Below, piece after piece: positions 19,776-29,476 of a DNA stretch of 64,000 nt. The position numbers and the translations under genes are program-made. This stretch comes from Opitutia bacterium (GTDB lineage Bacteria; Verrucomicrobiota; Verrucomicrobiia; Opitutales; T3Sed10-336): the NCBI GenBank assembly GCA_050506795.1, contig JBJHCF010000018.1:1-64000 (forward strand), written 5' to 3'. Below the pieces are notes generated by a model. That model made no database searches and had not been told where the DNA came from. It saw nothing but the letters and a program-made list of their open reading frames with translations. Position 1 is the stretch's first letter, and every line of letters starts with the position of its first letter.

Positions 19776-22700
19776 TGACCACGGCCGCACCGCATCCGGA
19801 GGAGACCAATACCGAGAACCAGCGGAACCAATGGCTGCAGACCCTGCGCAATGCCATGTGGGAACGCCTCGACGACCTTTCGGTCGAAGTATGGGTCACT
19901 CCGGAGCCGGTGCGGTTTGAAGACCGCGAATCCGGAGCATACCGCCGGCTTTCGCGCGGCGAGCCCTGGGCTCGGCGACTCTTCGACTGCGGCTGGTTTC
20001 GCTTTCGGGCCAAGATCCCACCCGGGAGTGGAGAAGGGCTGGCCCTGCGCATCGACGTCAACGGCGAACTCCTCGTGGTCGACTCCCGCGGCAACCCGGT
20101 TCGCGGGTTGACCTGCGTGGCCTCCACCTTCGATCGCCGACTGGGCAGCCCGGCGAAAACGATTTACCGGCTCCCGCCGGACTTGGCCTCCGCCGGCTCC
20201 ATCGAAGTCTGGGCCGATGCCGGCTTCAACGACCTCTTTGGCAGCGTCCCCAATGGGGGCGTGATCGAGGAGGCGACCCTGGTGCGCGCGCGGGAAAACG
20301 TGCGCACCCTGTATTATGACGCCGAAGTCGCCTGCGATTGGCTTTCGGTCCTGGCGCACGACGATCCCCTGCGAAGCGAGCTCGAAAACGCTGTGCGGAA
20401 CGCCATGGCCGCCTCGCGGGACCTGACTGCCGACTCCGTCACAAAGGCCCGCACGGTCCTCCGGGACACACTCCAGCCAACCCGAGCATCCTCTCCTTCC
20501 GCCCACGAACTGCGAATTTCCGCCATCGGACATGCCCACCTGGACCTGGCCTGGCTCTGGCCGGTGCGCGAAGGAGTTCGCAAGGGGGTCCGCACCCTGG
20601 CCACCGCCCTGCACCTGATGGAGACGTATCCCGATTACCGGTTGGGGGTCAGTCAGGCTCAACTCCTGCAATGGGTCGAAAAGGCCTCGCCTCACCTGTT
20701 TAAACGTATCCAAAAGGCGGTTGCGGACGGCAGGATCGACCTGCAGGGCGCCATGTGGGTCGAGCCGGATTGCAACATTCCGACCGGCGAATCGCTGGTC
20801 CGCCAGATTCTGACCGGCCGCCGCTATTTCGAAGAAAAGTTCGGCTATTGCCCGCGACACGCCTGGCTTCCCGACGTTTTTGGCTTCAATGGCCAAATCC
20901 CGCAAATCCTGCGCAAATCCGGACTGGACTATTTCCTTACCCAAAAACTCTCCTGGAACACGGTCAATCGATTTCCCTACCACTCGTTTGTCTGGCGCGG
21001 AATCGACGGCAGTACCGTACTCGCACACATGCTGCCTGAGGACACCTACAACGGTCCCGGAGCCCCGCGGTCGGTCGCCCACATCGCCAAAAACTATTCG
21101 GAGCGGGACGTCTCCCGTCACGCCCTAATGTGTTTCGGTATCGGCGACGGCGGTGGCGGCCCCGGGGAAGAACACCTCGAGCGAATGGACCGCATCCGGC
21201 ATTTGCCCGAAAGCCCGTCGGTCACCATCCGCACCACCGCCGAGTTTTTCGAACTCTGGCGCGAAGCCGCTTCCAAACTGCCCACCTGGGAAGGTGAACT
21301 GTACCTGGAACGCCACCAGGGCACCTTCACCACTCAATCCCGTACCAAGGCACTACACCGCCGGTGCGAAGGTCTCCTGCGGGAAGCGGAAATCACCGGC
21401 TGGCTGGCCGAGCGGCTCGGGCGAACAACGTGTTCCCGCGACGACCTCGACGAAGCCTGGAAATGCGTGCTCCTAACCGAATTCCACGACATTATTCCCG
21501 GTTCTTCCATCGAACGGGTCTACCACGAAACTGTGCCTCAACTCGAGTCCCTGGTCCGGGACCTCGATGGCCGAATCAACCGTGGTCTCCAACAGGCCAC
21601 CCAATCTCCTTCCGGCCGGTCGCAGGACTGCCTGATAAACACCCTCTCGTGGCCAAGGACCGATTGGATTGAGTCCGATGGACGCTGGATCCGGGCGGAA
21701 ACTCCCGCCTGCGGCTGGACCCGCATCGAACGCGACGAGGGACCTGGCACCGATTTCTCCGCCCTCAAGGCGGAAGAGAGGTTACTGGAAAACGAGATTC
21801 TGCGCCTGCGTTTTGCGGAATGCGGCAGGATCGAATCCATTTTCGACAAGCGCGCCGAATGCGAAATCCTGGAAAACGACGCCTTCGGCAACGACCTGGT
21901 GGTGTTTCCCGATACCGGCGATGCCTGGGATATCCCTCCGAATTATCGCGATAACGAGCCCGAACGTCCCCGACTGAAAGACACTCACCCCACCATCAAT
22001 GGCCCCCTTGCCGCGATCGAACAGACGCTGACCCTGCGGAATTCCACGCTGCGACAACGCATCGAACTGCGCTCCGACGAAGCGCTGGTGCGTTTTGTAA
22101 CGGAAGTCGACTGGCAGGAAAAAGCCAGCATGCTCAGGGTCCGCTTTCCCACCTCGATTCAAACTCCCTACGGCACCGGGGAAATCGCCTTCGGCTCCAT
22201 CCGGCGCCCAACCGACGAAAACACCAGTCACACCCTGGCCCAGTTCGAAAAACCGGCCCATCAATGGGTGGACCTCTCCGGGCCGGACTACGGCGTGGCC
22301 CTGCTCAACGACTGCAAGTACGGCAACCGGATGAAAGCGAACGTCATCGACCTCAACCTGATTCGCAGTGTGCCTCATCCGGGCGGCGCGCTTATCAATC
22401 CCGAAGACAGCCTCAGCGACTCCCCCGCAACGCCGTACACCGACATCGGCTCCCACCGGTTTACCTACGCCCTTCTGCCTCACGTGGGCCCACTGAATAT
22501 TTCGGACGTCACCGCCCGGGCCCGCGCGCTCAACAACCCGATCCGTCGCGTCAGAACCTCCCTCTTCACGGAGCAGACGCGGGGAAGCTGGATCGAACTC
22601 AGCGATCCGTCGATCGAACTCGCGGCCCTGAAGCCGGCGGAAAACGGCGACGGATGGATCGCCCGCCTGGTGAACCTGACTTCGGACACCCGCGAATGTG

Positions 22701-22843
22701 AACTTCGGCTCGCCTTTCCGGTAAAGGATTTCCAGTTGACCGATCTCGCTGAATCGAGCGGAACCCCTCTCCCTTCCAACAACGACCGCACGACCGTAAA
22801 CTTTTCGCCCCAAGCGGTGGAAACAGTTCGCCTGCGTTTTTGA
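19775..22843 (+). CDS. Alpha-mannosidase, glycoside hydrolase family 38
   Basis: GHAHLDLAWLWP, WVEPDCN..GESLVRQ, WLPDVFG, GDGGGGP, ELYLERHQGT and FHDIIPGSSI motifs. Confidence 0.95.
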   Translation: MTTAAPHPEETNTENQRNQWLQTLRNAMWERLDDLSVEVWVTPEPVRFEDRESGAYRRLSRGEPWARRLFDCGWFRFRAKIPPGSGEGLALRIDVNGELLVVDSRGNPVRGLTCVASTFDRRLGSPAKTIYRLPPDLASAGSIEVWADAGFNDLFGSVPNGGVIEEATLVRARENVRTLYYDAEVACDWLSVLAHDDPLRSELENAVRNAMAASRDLTADSVTKARTVLRDTLQPTRASSPSAHELRISAIGHAHLDLAWLWPVREGVRKGVRTLATALHLMETYPDYRLGVSQAQLLQWVEKASPHLFKRIQKAVADGRIDLQGAMWVEPDCNIPTGESLVRQILTGRRYFEEKFGYCPRHAWLPDVFGFNGQIPQILRKSGLDYFLTQKLSWNTVNRFPYHSFVWRGIDGSTVLAHMLPEDTYNGPGAPRSVAHIAKNYSERDVSRHALMCFGIGDGGGGPGEEHLERMDRIRHLPESPSVTIRTTAEFFELWREAASKLPTWEGELYLERHQGTFTTQSRTKALHRRCEGLLREAEITGWLAERLGRTTCSRDDLDEAWKCVLLTEFHDIIPGSSIERVYHETVPQLESLVRDLDGRINRGLQQATQSPSGRSQDCLINTLSWPRTDWIESDGRWIRAETPACGWTRIERDEGPGTDFSALKAEERLLENEILRLRFAECGRIESIFDKRAECEILENDAFGNDLVVFPDTGDAWDIPPNYRDNEPERPRLKDTHPTINGPLAAIEQTLTLRNSTLRQRIELRSDEALVRFVTEVDWQEKASMLRVRFPTSIQTPYGTGEIAFGSIRRPTDENTSHTLAQFEKPAHQWVDLSGPDYGVALLNDCKYGNRMKANVIDLNLIRSVPHPGGALINPEDSLSDSPATPYTDIGSHRFTYALLPHVGPLNISDVTARARALNNPIRRVRTSLFTEQTRGSWIELSDPSIELAALKPAENGDGWIARLVNLTSDTRECELRLAFPVKDFQLTDLAESSGTPLPSNNDRTTVNFSPQAVETVRLRF

Positions 22844-22863
22844 TCCTTCATCCCTATCTTGTC

Positions 22864-24993
22864 ATGAAAGCAAATCCTCCCGTATGCCTTTTCGCTTTGG
22901 CGTTAACGCTGCTCCTGCCGGTATTGACCTCCTGTGTCACCGGCAACCGCACCAATCACTACGCCCCCTATCCGGCGCCGGTCGATCCGGTCACCGGAGT
23001 TTCGTGGCCTCAGGGTCAGGCGCTTCCGATCTTCGCCCGGCCGGCCGACACCCTGGACACCATCCTGGTGCAATCGCTGTCGAGGGACGAACAAATCACC
23101 TTCTCCTCCCTGCAGGGACAGGTGAACCGCACGCAGCCCAGGATCTACCTGCTGAGCAGCTCGGCCGACGAAGGCACCTACACCTGGGCCGAGACCTCCA
23201 CCGTGAACTTCACCTCGCGCGAACTATACGACCGGACCAACAAATACGAACTGGTGGCAAAGTACGCCGACGAAGTTGAGGGACTGGTCCTTTACGACCC
23301 GGAAATAAACCCTCACTACCGCAACCTCGCCGGAACGGTGGCCGGCTTAAAACGAGCCCTGCCCGTCACTGCCGCAGTCCGCCAAAACCTTGAGGACCAC
23401 GGCATCGAACTCGACGTGCTGGTGGATCTCACCGAACTCGAGTACACCGAAACCCTCGATATCTACCAGTATCTGTACGACAACTACTGGGACCAGTGCG
23501 ACCGGCGTTTGTTGATCAGCGCCAAACCGCACGACCAGAACGGCGGGGGCGATTACCACCACACCCGCGACATGGCCGCCGCGACCGGTGTGGCCGTCGT
23601 GTGGCTCAACACCCTCGACGACACGGAACGGGATATGTTGCGAAAGTTTTTCGCTGATATGACGGCGGGTGAAGCCGTGGTCCTGGGATGGTACACCACC
23701 GAGCGCTCGGGAGTGACCACCGCGAGCGAATTCGGAATCGGCACCATACCGGCCGATTTCTACATCAGCGGAAGCGTCTACTCCGGCACCGGCCGCACCA
23801 TCGAGATTCCGCCGGTTCCACGGAAGCCGGAACTGGAGAACAGAATCTACATCACAGTCTTCATCAGTGACGGCGACAATATTCAATACACCCAGCGCGC
23901 CATGCGCCGCATCTGGGACGAAGCCGCCGCCAGCCGCGGCCGGGTCCCGCTCAACTGGACCATCGCCCCGGGGCTGGTCGACGTCGGCCCCGGCCTGCTG
24001 AATTACTATTACACCACCGCCACGCCCAACGACTATTTTGTCACCGGACCCTCCGGGATGGGTTACCTGATGCCGTTTAACACCCTCACCGAACCGGGCG
24101 CTCCGGTCGGCGATAAACTGACCGATCGGGAACGGATGGAGGGTTACGCCCGTCTGACGGAAACCTACCTGCAAAGATCCGGCCTGCGGGTGGTGACCGT
24201 GTGGGACGACGCCACCCCCATGCAGCGTGCGGCCTACGAACGATTCGGACGAAATCTCTACGGGGTCACGGTGCAAAACTTTCGCGACGTGCCCTCGGTT
24301 CGCGGCAGCGTGGAGAACAACCGGGTGCGTTTCGACCGGCTGATCATTCCCTACACCGGCACCTACGAACACATGCGCCGTTCCCTCACCAGCCAGATCG
24401 ACGCCTGGGACGGAGAGTCGCCCCTCTTCCTGTCCTACCAGGTGGATGTCTGGGGTGAAATGAAGCCGAACCGCATCGTCGATCTCTACGAGGACCTGCG
24501 CGAAACCTACGGTGACCGCTTTACCTTCGTCCGCGCCGATCACTACTTCAATCTTTATAACGAAGCCAATGGATTGCCCTTCAATCTCTCGATGAATCCC
24601 GCCACTTCGTTGACCGCGAGCGCCTCCGCCGACTCGGTCGAAAACGTTATCGACGGCACGCCGAGAACGTTATGGGAAGCATCCGGCACCGGACGGCAAT
24701 GGATCGAATTCGACCTCGGCGACACTTTCAGCATCAGCCGCTACGTGATTCGTCACGCCGGAGAGCACGGTCTGCCACAGCGGTACAACACACGTGATTT
24801 CAGCCTGCAGGTCAGCACCGACGACGGCGCCTCCTGGACCACCGTCGACACTCACAAGGGCAACCGGCTCAATGTCACCGACATCGAATTCGATCCCACC
24901 GAAGCCCGGCACGTCCGCCTGGTCATCGACAACGCCGGCCGCGATTCCGTCGCCCGCATCGCCGAGGTGGAACTCTTCGGCATTCGCAGATAA
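22864..24993 (+). CDS. GxGYxYP-family putative glycoside hydrolase lipoprotein with C-terminal discoidin/CBM32-like domain
   Basis: Lipobox LTSC; SDGDNIQY; GPSGMGYLMP; C-terminal IDG..T.W..WIEFDLG..ARHVRL. Confidence 0.85.
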   Translation: MKANPPVCLFALALTLLLPVLTSCVTGNRTNHYAPYPAPVDPVTGVSWPQGQALPIFARPADTLDTILVQSLSRDEQITFSSLQGQVNRTQPRIYLLSSSADEGTYTWAETSTVNFTSRELYDRTNKYELVAKYADEVEGLVLYDPEINPHYRNLAGTVAGLKRALPVTAAVRQNLEDHGIELDVLVDLTELEYTETLDIYQYLYDNYWDQCDRRLLISAKPHDQNGGGDYHHTRDMAAATGVAVVWLNTLDDTERDMLRKFFADMTAGEAVVLGWYTTERSGVTTASEFGIGTIPADFYISGSVYSGTGRTIEIPPVPRKPELENRIYITVFISDGDNIQYTQRAMRRIWDEAAASRGRVPLNWTIAPGLVDVGPGLLNYYYTTATPNDYFVTGPSGMGYLMPFNTLTEPGAPVGDKLTDRERMEGYARLTETYLQRSGLRVVTVWDDATPMQRAAYERFGRNLYGVTVQNFRDVPSVRGSVENNRVRFDRLIIPYTGTYEHMRRSLTSQIDAWDGESPLFLSYQVDVWGEMKPNRIVDLYEDLRETYGDRFTFVRADHYFNLYNEANGLPFNLSMNPATSLTASASADSVENVIDGTPRTLWEASGTGRQWIEFDLGDTFSISRYVIRHAGEHGLPQRYNTRDFSLQVSTDDGASWTTVDTHKGNRLNVTDIEFDPTEARHVRLVIDNAGRDSVARIAEVELFGIRR

Positions 24994-25019
24994 ACCGGCC
25001 CCTTAGAACGGACCGGGAT

Positions 25020-26225
25020 TCAGGAGGGAGATTTCCGCAACAATCCGAGCAGTGCGCCGACGCAGAGTTCGGCGAACTTGGGATCGTTGATCGCACCTCC
25101 GTAATCGACCACCTTGATGCCGTCACGCAGCAGACCACGCAGTTCCTGACAGAAAACGGCGTCCGCCTCGGGATCGTGAAAAGCCCCGCCTTCGGCGCCG
25201 AGAACCGAGAAGCCTTTTTGGGGAAGGGCCACCACCAGGGGGCCGGTCGACGCGTTCATCTTTTCCGCCATCCGCGCCGCGATCCGCCGGTACTCCTCCG
25301 CGTTGGTCCGCATAAGGGTCACCTGAGGGTTGTGTTGATAAAAAAGCCGGTTCGCGAACTCGGACGGCACCGAATCGCGCTCGCCAAAATTGATCATATC
25401 GAGACAGCCTGGCGCGATCACCGCCGGAATGCCCGCCGCGGCCGCGGCGCCCAGACGCTCCGGGCCCGCCCCTAAAATACCGCCGCAAACCTCGTCCGCC
25501 CACTCGGTGGTCGTCAGGTCGAGCACCCCGCGAAAATGCCCCTCGGCTATCAGGTCCTCCATGGTCCGCCCGCCGGTTCCGGTGGCGTGAAAGACCAGCA
25601 CATCGTACCCTTCGCTCTCCATTTGCCGGCGGGCGGCATCGACCAACGCGGTGGTGTTGCCGAACATTGAGGCCGCGATTTGCGGACGAGTGGAAGCCGG
25701 ATCGGTATCCTCGCCTACAGTAACCTCGGTCATGGCGCACACCGCCGCCGCGGCGCGCTTCAGCACGTGACGCAAGGTCGCGTTGAGACCGGAAACATCG
25801 ACGATACTCGGAATCAGGACCAGGTCGCGGGTGCCCACGTAAGGGCGGGTGTTGCCACTGGCCAGGGTTGAAACGATGACCTTGGGAATCCCATACGGCA
25901 ACGCGCGCATCGCCGTGGCGGCAATGCTTGTCCCGCCCCCCCCGCCCGCACTGATCACCCCGTCCAGACGCCCCTCCCGGTGCAACCGGGGCAGCAGTTC
26001 GGCGGCAGCCCGCCCGACCGCGGTCACGGCCGCGCCGCGTTCTCCATCGCGGGGCAACTCCGTATCCGGAAGATAATCACACCGCCGAATGTCCACCGGG
26101 TGGCGAAGTTCGCCTCCGGTTCCCGCGTCCACGCGCAGTACCGAATGCCCGCGGCCTTCGATCGCTTCAGCCAGGAAAGCCAGTTCCTCGCCTTTCGTAT
26201 CCCAGGTCCCCAGTACAACAATCAT
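25020..26225 (-). CDS. Tm-1-like ATP-binding domain protein (UPF0261)
   Basis: GTWDTKGEE, GGGGGT, SMFGNTT, VFHATGTGG, DLTTTE and GCLDMINF motifs. Confidence 0.92.
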   Translation of the reverse strand: MIVVLGTWDTKGEELAFLAEAIEGRGHSVLRVDAGTGGELRHPVDIRRCDYLPDTELPRDGERGAAVTAVGRAAAELLPRLHREGRLDGVISAGGGGGTSIAATAMRALPYGIPKVIVSTLASGNTRPYVGTRDLVLIPSIVDVSGLNATLRHVLKRAAAAVCAMTEVTVGEDTDPASTRPQIAASMFGNTTALVDAARRQMESEGYDVLVFHATGTGGRTMEDLIAEGHFRGVLDLTTTEWADEVCGGILGAGPERLGAAAAAGIPAVIAPGCLDMINFGERDSVPSEFANRLFYQHNPQVTLMRTNAEEYRRIAARMAEKMNASTGPLVVALPQKGFSVLGAEGGAFHDPEADAVFCQELRGLLRDGIKVVDYGGAINDPKFAELCVGALLGLLRKSPS

Positions 26226-26276
26226 CTTCGGTCCTCCGGTTGACGGGCAAATCGCGCCCGCGCGCCCGAACTCTCC

Positions 26277-27158
26277 CTACAAATCCAACTTGGAAACGGC
26301 GGGCGCCGGGATCTTCTTGAAACGTTGGGTCAATTCGGTCAGCGAAGCCTCAACCCCGAGGCGCTCCAGGCTGGAAGCTCCAACAAAACCGACCGCGTCG
26401 GTGTGTTCGTTGATGTAGGCGGCGTCTTCCGGCGTGGCGATCGGACCGCCGTGGGACAGGAACAGAATATCCTTGCGCACCTGGCGCGCGGCATCGATCA
26501 CCGCCTGGGTGGAACGCACGGCATCGTCCATGGTCACCACCGCCTTGCTGACCCCGATGGATCCACCCACGGTGGTTCCCACGTGGGCGATTATGGCATC
26601 CGCTCCCGCTTCAGCCATGTGTTTGGCCTCCTCGGGAGTCGCCACGTAAACAATGGAAAATAGATCCATTCGCCGGGCCAGCGACACCATTTCGTATTCC
26701 TTCTTGACGCTCATGCCGGTCTCTTCCAGCACCTGGCGAAAATGACCGTCGACGATCGTATGGGTGGGGAAATTATTCACCCCGGAGAACCCCATATCCT
26801 TAACCTTGAGCAGCCAGTGCCACATGCGCCGGCGGGGATCTGTGGCGTGCACCCCGCAGATCACCGGAACTTCCTCCACCGTGGGCAACACCTCGTATTC
26901 GCCGATCTCCATGGCCACCGCATTGGCGTCGCCGTAAGCCATCATACCGCAGGAGGAACCGTGGCCGCTCATCCGGAACCGTCCCGAATTATAAATAATA
27001 ATCAGGTCCGCGCCTCCCTTTTCGATGAACTTCGCCGAAATGCCCGTCCCGGCTCCGGCCGCGATGATCGGCTCGCCGTTGCGCAGGCTCTCGTGAAGGC
27101 GTTCCACAACTTCCTTACGGGTGTAAGGGTTTCCTTTTCCAGTCCAGGGATTTGGCAT
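26277..27158 (-). CDS. PEP-hydrolase-like TIM-barrel protein (usual partner of UPF0261)
   Basis: GAGTGISAK, YNSGRFRM, NFPT, HGGPI and GASSLERL motifs. Confidence 0.92.
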   Translation of the reverse strand: MPNPWTGKGNPYTRKEVVERLHESLRNGEPIIAAGAGTGISAKFIEKGGADLIIIYNSGRFRMSGHGSSCGMMAYGDANAVAMEIGEYEVLPTVEEVPVICGVHATDPRRRMWHWLLKVKDMGFSGVNNFPTHTIVDGHFRQVLEETGMSVKKEYEMVSLARRMDLFSIVYVATPEEAKHMAEAGADAIIAHVGTTVGGSIGVSKAVVTMDDAVRSTQAVIDAARQVRKDILFLSHGGPIATPEDAAYINEHTDAVGFVGASSLERLGVEASLTELTQRFKKIPAPAVSKLDL

Positions 27159-27313
27159 AAAATTCTCCAGATGAGTTTCACCTTGATCGGTGCCCGCAAG
27201 CGAGCGCCGGCAATCAGGCGAAACAAAAACCTATTCCCCGAATTGGCAATAGAAATTGCTCATACATATAGATATTTCTTGTCAATCCGGCCCGAAATCC
27301 ATCTAAAGGAACC

Positions 27314-27754
27314 ATGGCTGATCAAAACCCTAAAGGACACCGCTTCGTCGGGAAAAACGAACTCATGGTGGAGGACGCCGAACGCGGCAGCATCGAGTGG
27401 CTGAGCCGCGCCGAGGTCACCAACGCCGACCAGTTGATGATCGCGCGAGTGGTCATGGAGCCGGGCCAGAACCACGGATTCCATTATCACCCGCGGCGCG
27501 AGGAGGCCATCTACGTGCTGGAGGGCAAACTTGAGCAATGGATTGAAGGCGAAAAACGAGTCCTCGGGCCGGGCGACGTCGCCCACATTCCCACCGAGGT
27601 GGTGCATGCCACTTTCACCCTCCCCGACACCACAGTGACATTTCTGGCCATACTCTCCCCCTCCCAGTTCGGTGGCGATGAAGTCGAGTTCATGATCGAC
27701 GTCAGCGATCAGGAACCCTGGGCCGGCTATCTGGCGAATCGAAAGGAAGGGTAA
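27314..27754 (+). CDS. Cupin domain protein
   Basis: HGFHYHP..EEAIYVLEG and GDVAHIP..VVH motifs. Confidence 0.88.
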   Translation: MADQNPKGHRFVGKNELMVEDAERGSIEWLSRAEVTNADQLMIARVVMEPGQNHGFHYHPRREEAIYVLEGKLEQWIEGEKRVLGPGDVAHIPTEVVHATFTLPDTTVTFLAILSPSQFGGDEVEFMIDVSDQEPWAGYLANRKEG

Positions 27755-27765
27755 AGGCTTACTCC

Positions 27766-27970
27766 GAATGGCACTCGGTTAAGGCCCGTCGATCAAAGCA
27801 GCTTTGCCGAATCGCATCGGCTCTTCCCCTGGAGGGCCATGCTCCCGCATGGCCGCGCGGGCATCCTGCCCGCACCGGCGGCGCGGGAGCGCCGCCCTCC
27901 AGGAAAGGGAAGCGTGATCTCGTCTCGATTGGCTTAAATCAAACGAAAAACCGCCTTAACCGTGCCATTC
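27766..27970. mobile_element. MITE/REP-like element (module B) with both ends intact
   Basis: GAATGGCACTCGGTTAAG ... CTTAACCGTGCCATTC; internal palindrome GGCCATGCTCCCGCATGGCC. Confidence 0.8.
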
Positions 27971-29167
27971 GGCTGACTCCACCTTTTCGCGCACCGCATC
28001 GCGCAGGAGTTCGCCGGTGCGAGGCAAGGCTTCGGGCAGAGGCATGCCCGAGGGAGTGACGGGAACCACACGCACGCCGTCTCTTTTCAGGGCGGCTTCG
28101 GATTCCGCCGACAACTGAACCGATCCGGCGAACACCAGGACCGGTTTGCCCGCCTCCACCGCTTCCCGCACAACCCGCCCCGGCCCTTTGCCGGAAAGCG
28201 ACGCGTCGTCGAATCGCCCTTCCCCGGTCAAAACCAGATCGGCGCCGCGCACCCGCTCCCGCAAATTCAACCAGTCGGCCACCAGTTCGAACCCCCCGAC
28301 CCATTCGGCGCCGCATCCCACGCGGAGCCCAAAGCCCAGACCGCCGGCCGCGCCGGCGCCGGGTTCGTCGACCAGCGAATCCGGCCGGCCGAAAGCCCGG
28401 CAGAGCAAACGCGCCATTCTGCCGGTCGCTTCGTCGAGCGATGGCAAGCTATCTTCCGAGGCCCCTTTTTGCGGCGCGAAAACAAACGCGGCGCCGTTTT
28501 TTCCGAGCAACGGATTCTCCACATCGCAAGCCACCCGAATCGGAGGCAACCCTATCATGCCGTCCACCGAAAATCCTCCGATACGCCGCCAAAACCGCGG
28601 CAGACAAAGATCCCGCGGCGAATCCGGAAGCGCGGCACTGTCCTCGCCGTCCAAAACGGGCTCCAGACCCAGCGCGGTCAAAGCCCCGAGACCGATATCG
28701 TGCGTGGCGCTGCCGCCGATCCCCAGGAGCAGGGCATCGGCGCCTTCCCGGGCCGCCCGCAACAGAATCTCACCGGTCCCGAACGTAGTGGTCACCATCG
28801 GGTCCCGCTCCGCCGGGGGCAACAGAGCCAACCCGCTCGCCTGCGCCATTTCAACAACCGCCAGCCGGCCGCTGTCCGGAAAACCGCACAACTGCCGAAC
28901 GGCGGGCGCCAGGTTCTCCAACCGGACGGTCCCGTAGCTTGCTTTCACCTCATTGAATCGCGGTCCACAAACCGAAATCCCGTGCAGTTCACCCCCAGCC
29001 GCCCGGGTCAGGATCTCCGCGAATCCCTCTCCTCCGTCGCTCAATGGCGCAAGATCGACCGAAAACAGTCCATCCCGGTCACGCAAACCCTGCGCCGCCG
29101 CGTCACAGATTTCCGCCGCGCTGAGCGCGTCCTTGAACTTATCGAAAACCAGTAGTGCTTTTTTCAC
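27956..29167 (-). CDS. Glycerate kinase (GlxK/GarK family)
   Basis: DKFKDAL, DGGEG, EMAQASGL, GIGGSATHD, GAGAAGGLG and TGEGRFD..S..GK motifs. Confidence 0.93.
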   Translation of the reverse strand: MKKALLVFDKFKDALSAAEICDAAAQGLRDRDGLFSVDLAPLSDGGEGFAEILTRAAGGELHGISVCGPRFNEVKASYGTVRLENLAPAVRQLCGFPDSGRLAVVEMAQASGLALLPPAERDPMVTTTFGTGEILLRAAREGADALLLGIGGSATHDIGLGALTALGLEPVLDGEDSAALPDSPRDLCLPRFWRRIGGFSVDGMIGLPPIRVACDVENPLLGKNGAAFVFAPQKGASEDSLPSLDEATGRMARLLCRAFGRPDSLVDEPGAGAAGGLGFGLRVGCGAEWVGGFELVADWLNLRERVRGADLVLTGEGRFDDASLSGKGPGRVVREAVEAGKPVLVFAGSVQLSAESEAALKRDGVRVVPVTPSGMPLPEALPRTGELLRDAVREKVESAEWHG

Positions 29168-29255
29168 CTAAATGACCGTTCTGAAAAGCGGGCCGGGGCG
29201 TCCCGATTTGTTTACATATGCCTATATGTTTTCGTCGACCACGACGCGACGTCCA

Positions 29256-29426
29256 GCCTTAATTGCCCGCATCGGCCGTTCGCACGAGGGCCATGCTCCC
29301 GCATGGCCGCCGACCTGGAAGCGCGGGCATCCTGCCCGCACCGGCGGCGCGGGAGCGCCGCCCTCCAGGAAGCAGAGGCGCGATTCCGATTTCATCAAAC
29401 GATGAACCTGCTTAACCGTGCCATTC
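29256..29426. mobile_element. MITE/REP-like element (module B), one end intact
   Basis: Core closely matches the 27.8 kb copy; ends in CTTAACCGTGCCATTC. Confidence 0.75.
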
Positions 29427-29476
29427 GAGCCGGGGACCGGATCGCCGGGTTCGCCGGGTTCGCCGGATGACGGAGC

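Noticed and set aside
29442..29468. Short TCGCCGGGT tandem repeat, and 7-mer AAGAACC-like runs near 36400 and 52115
   Set aside because: They are too short and degenerate to support a functional claim.
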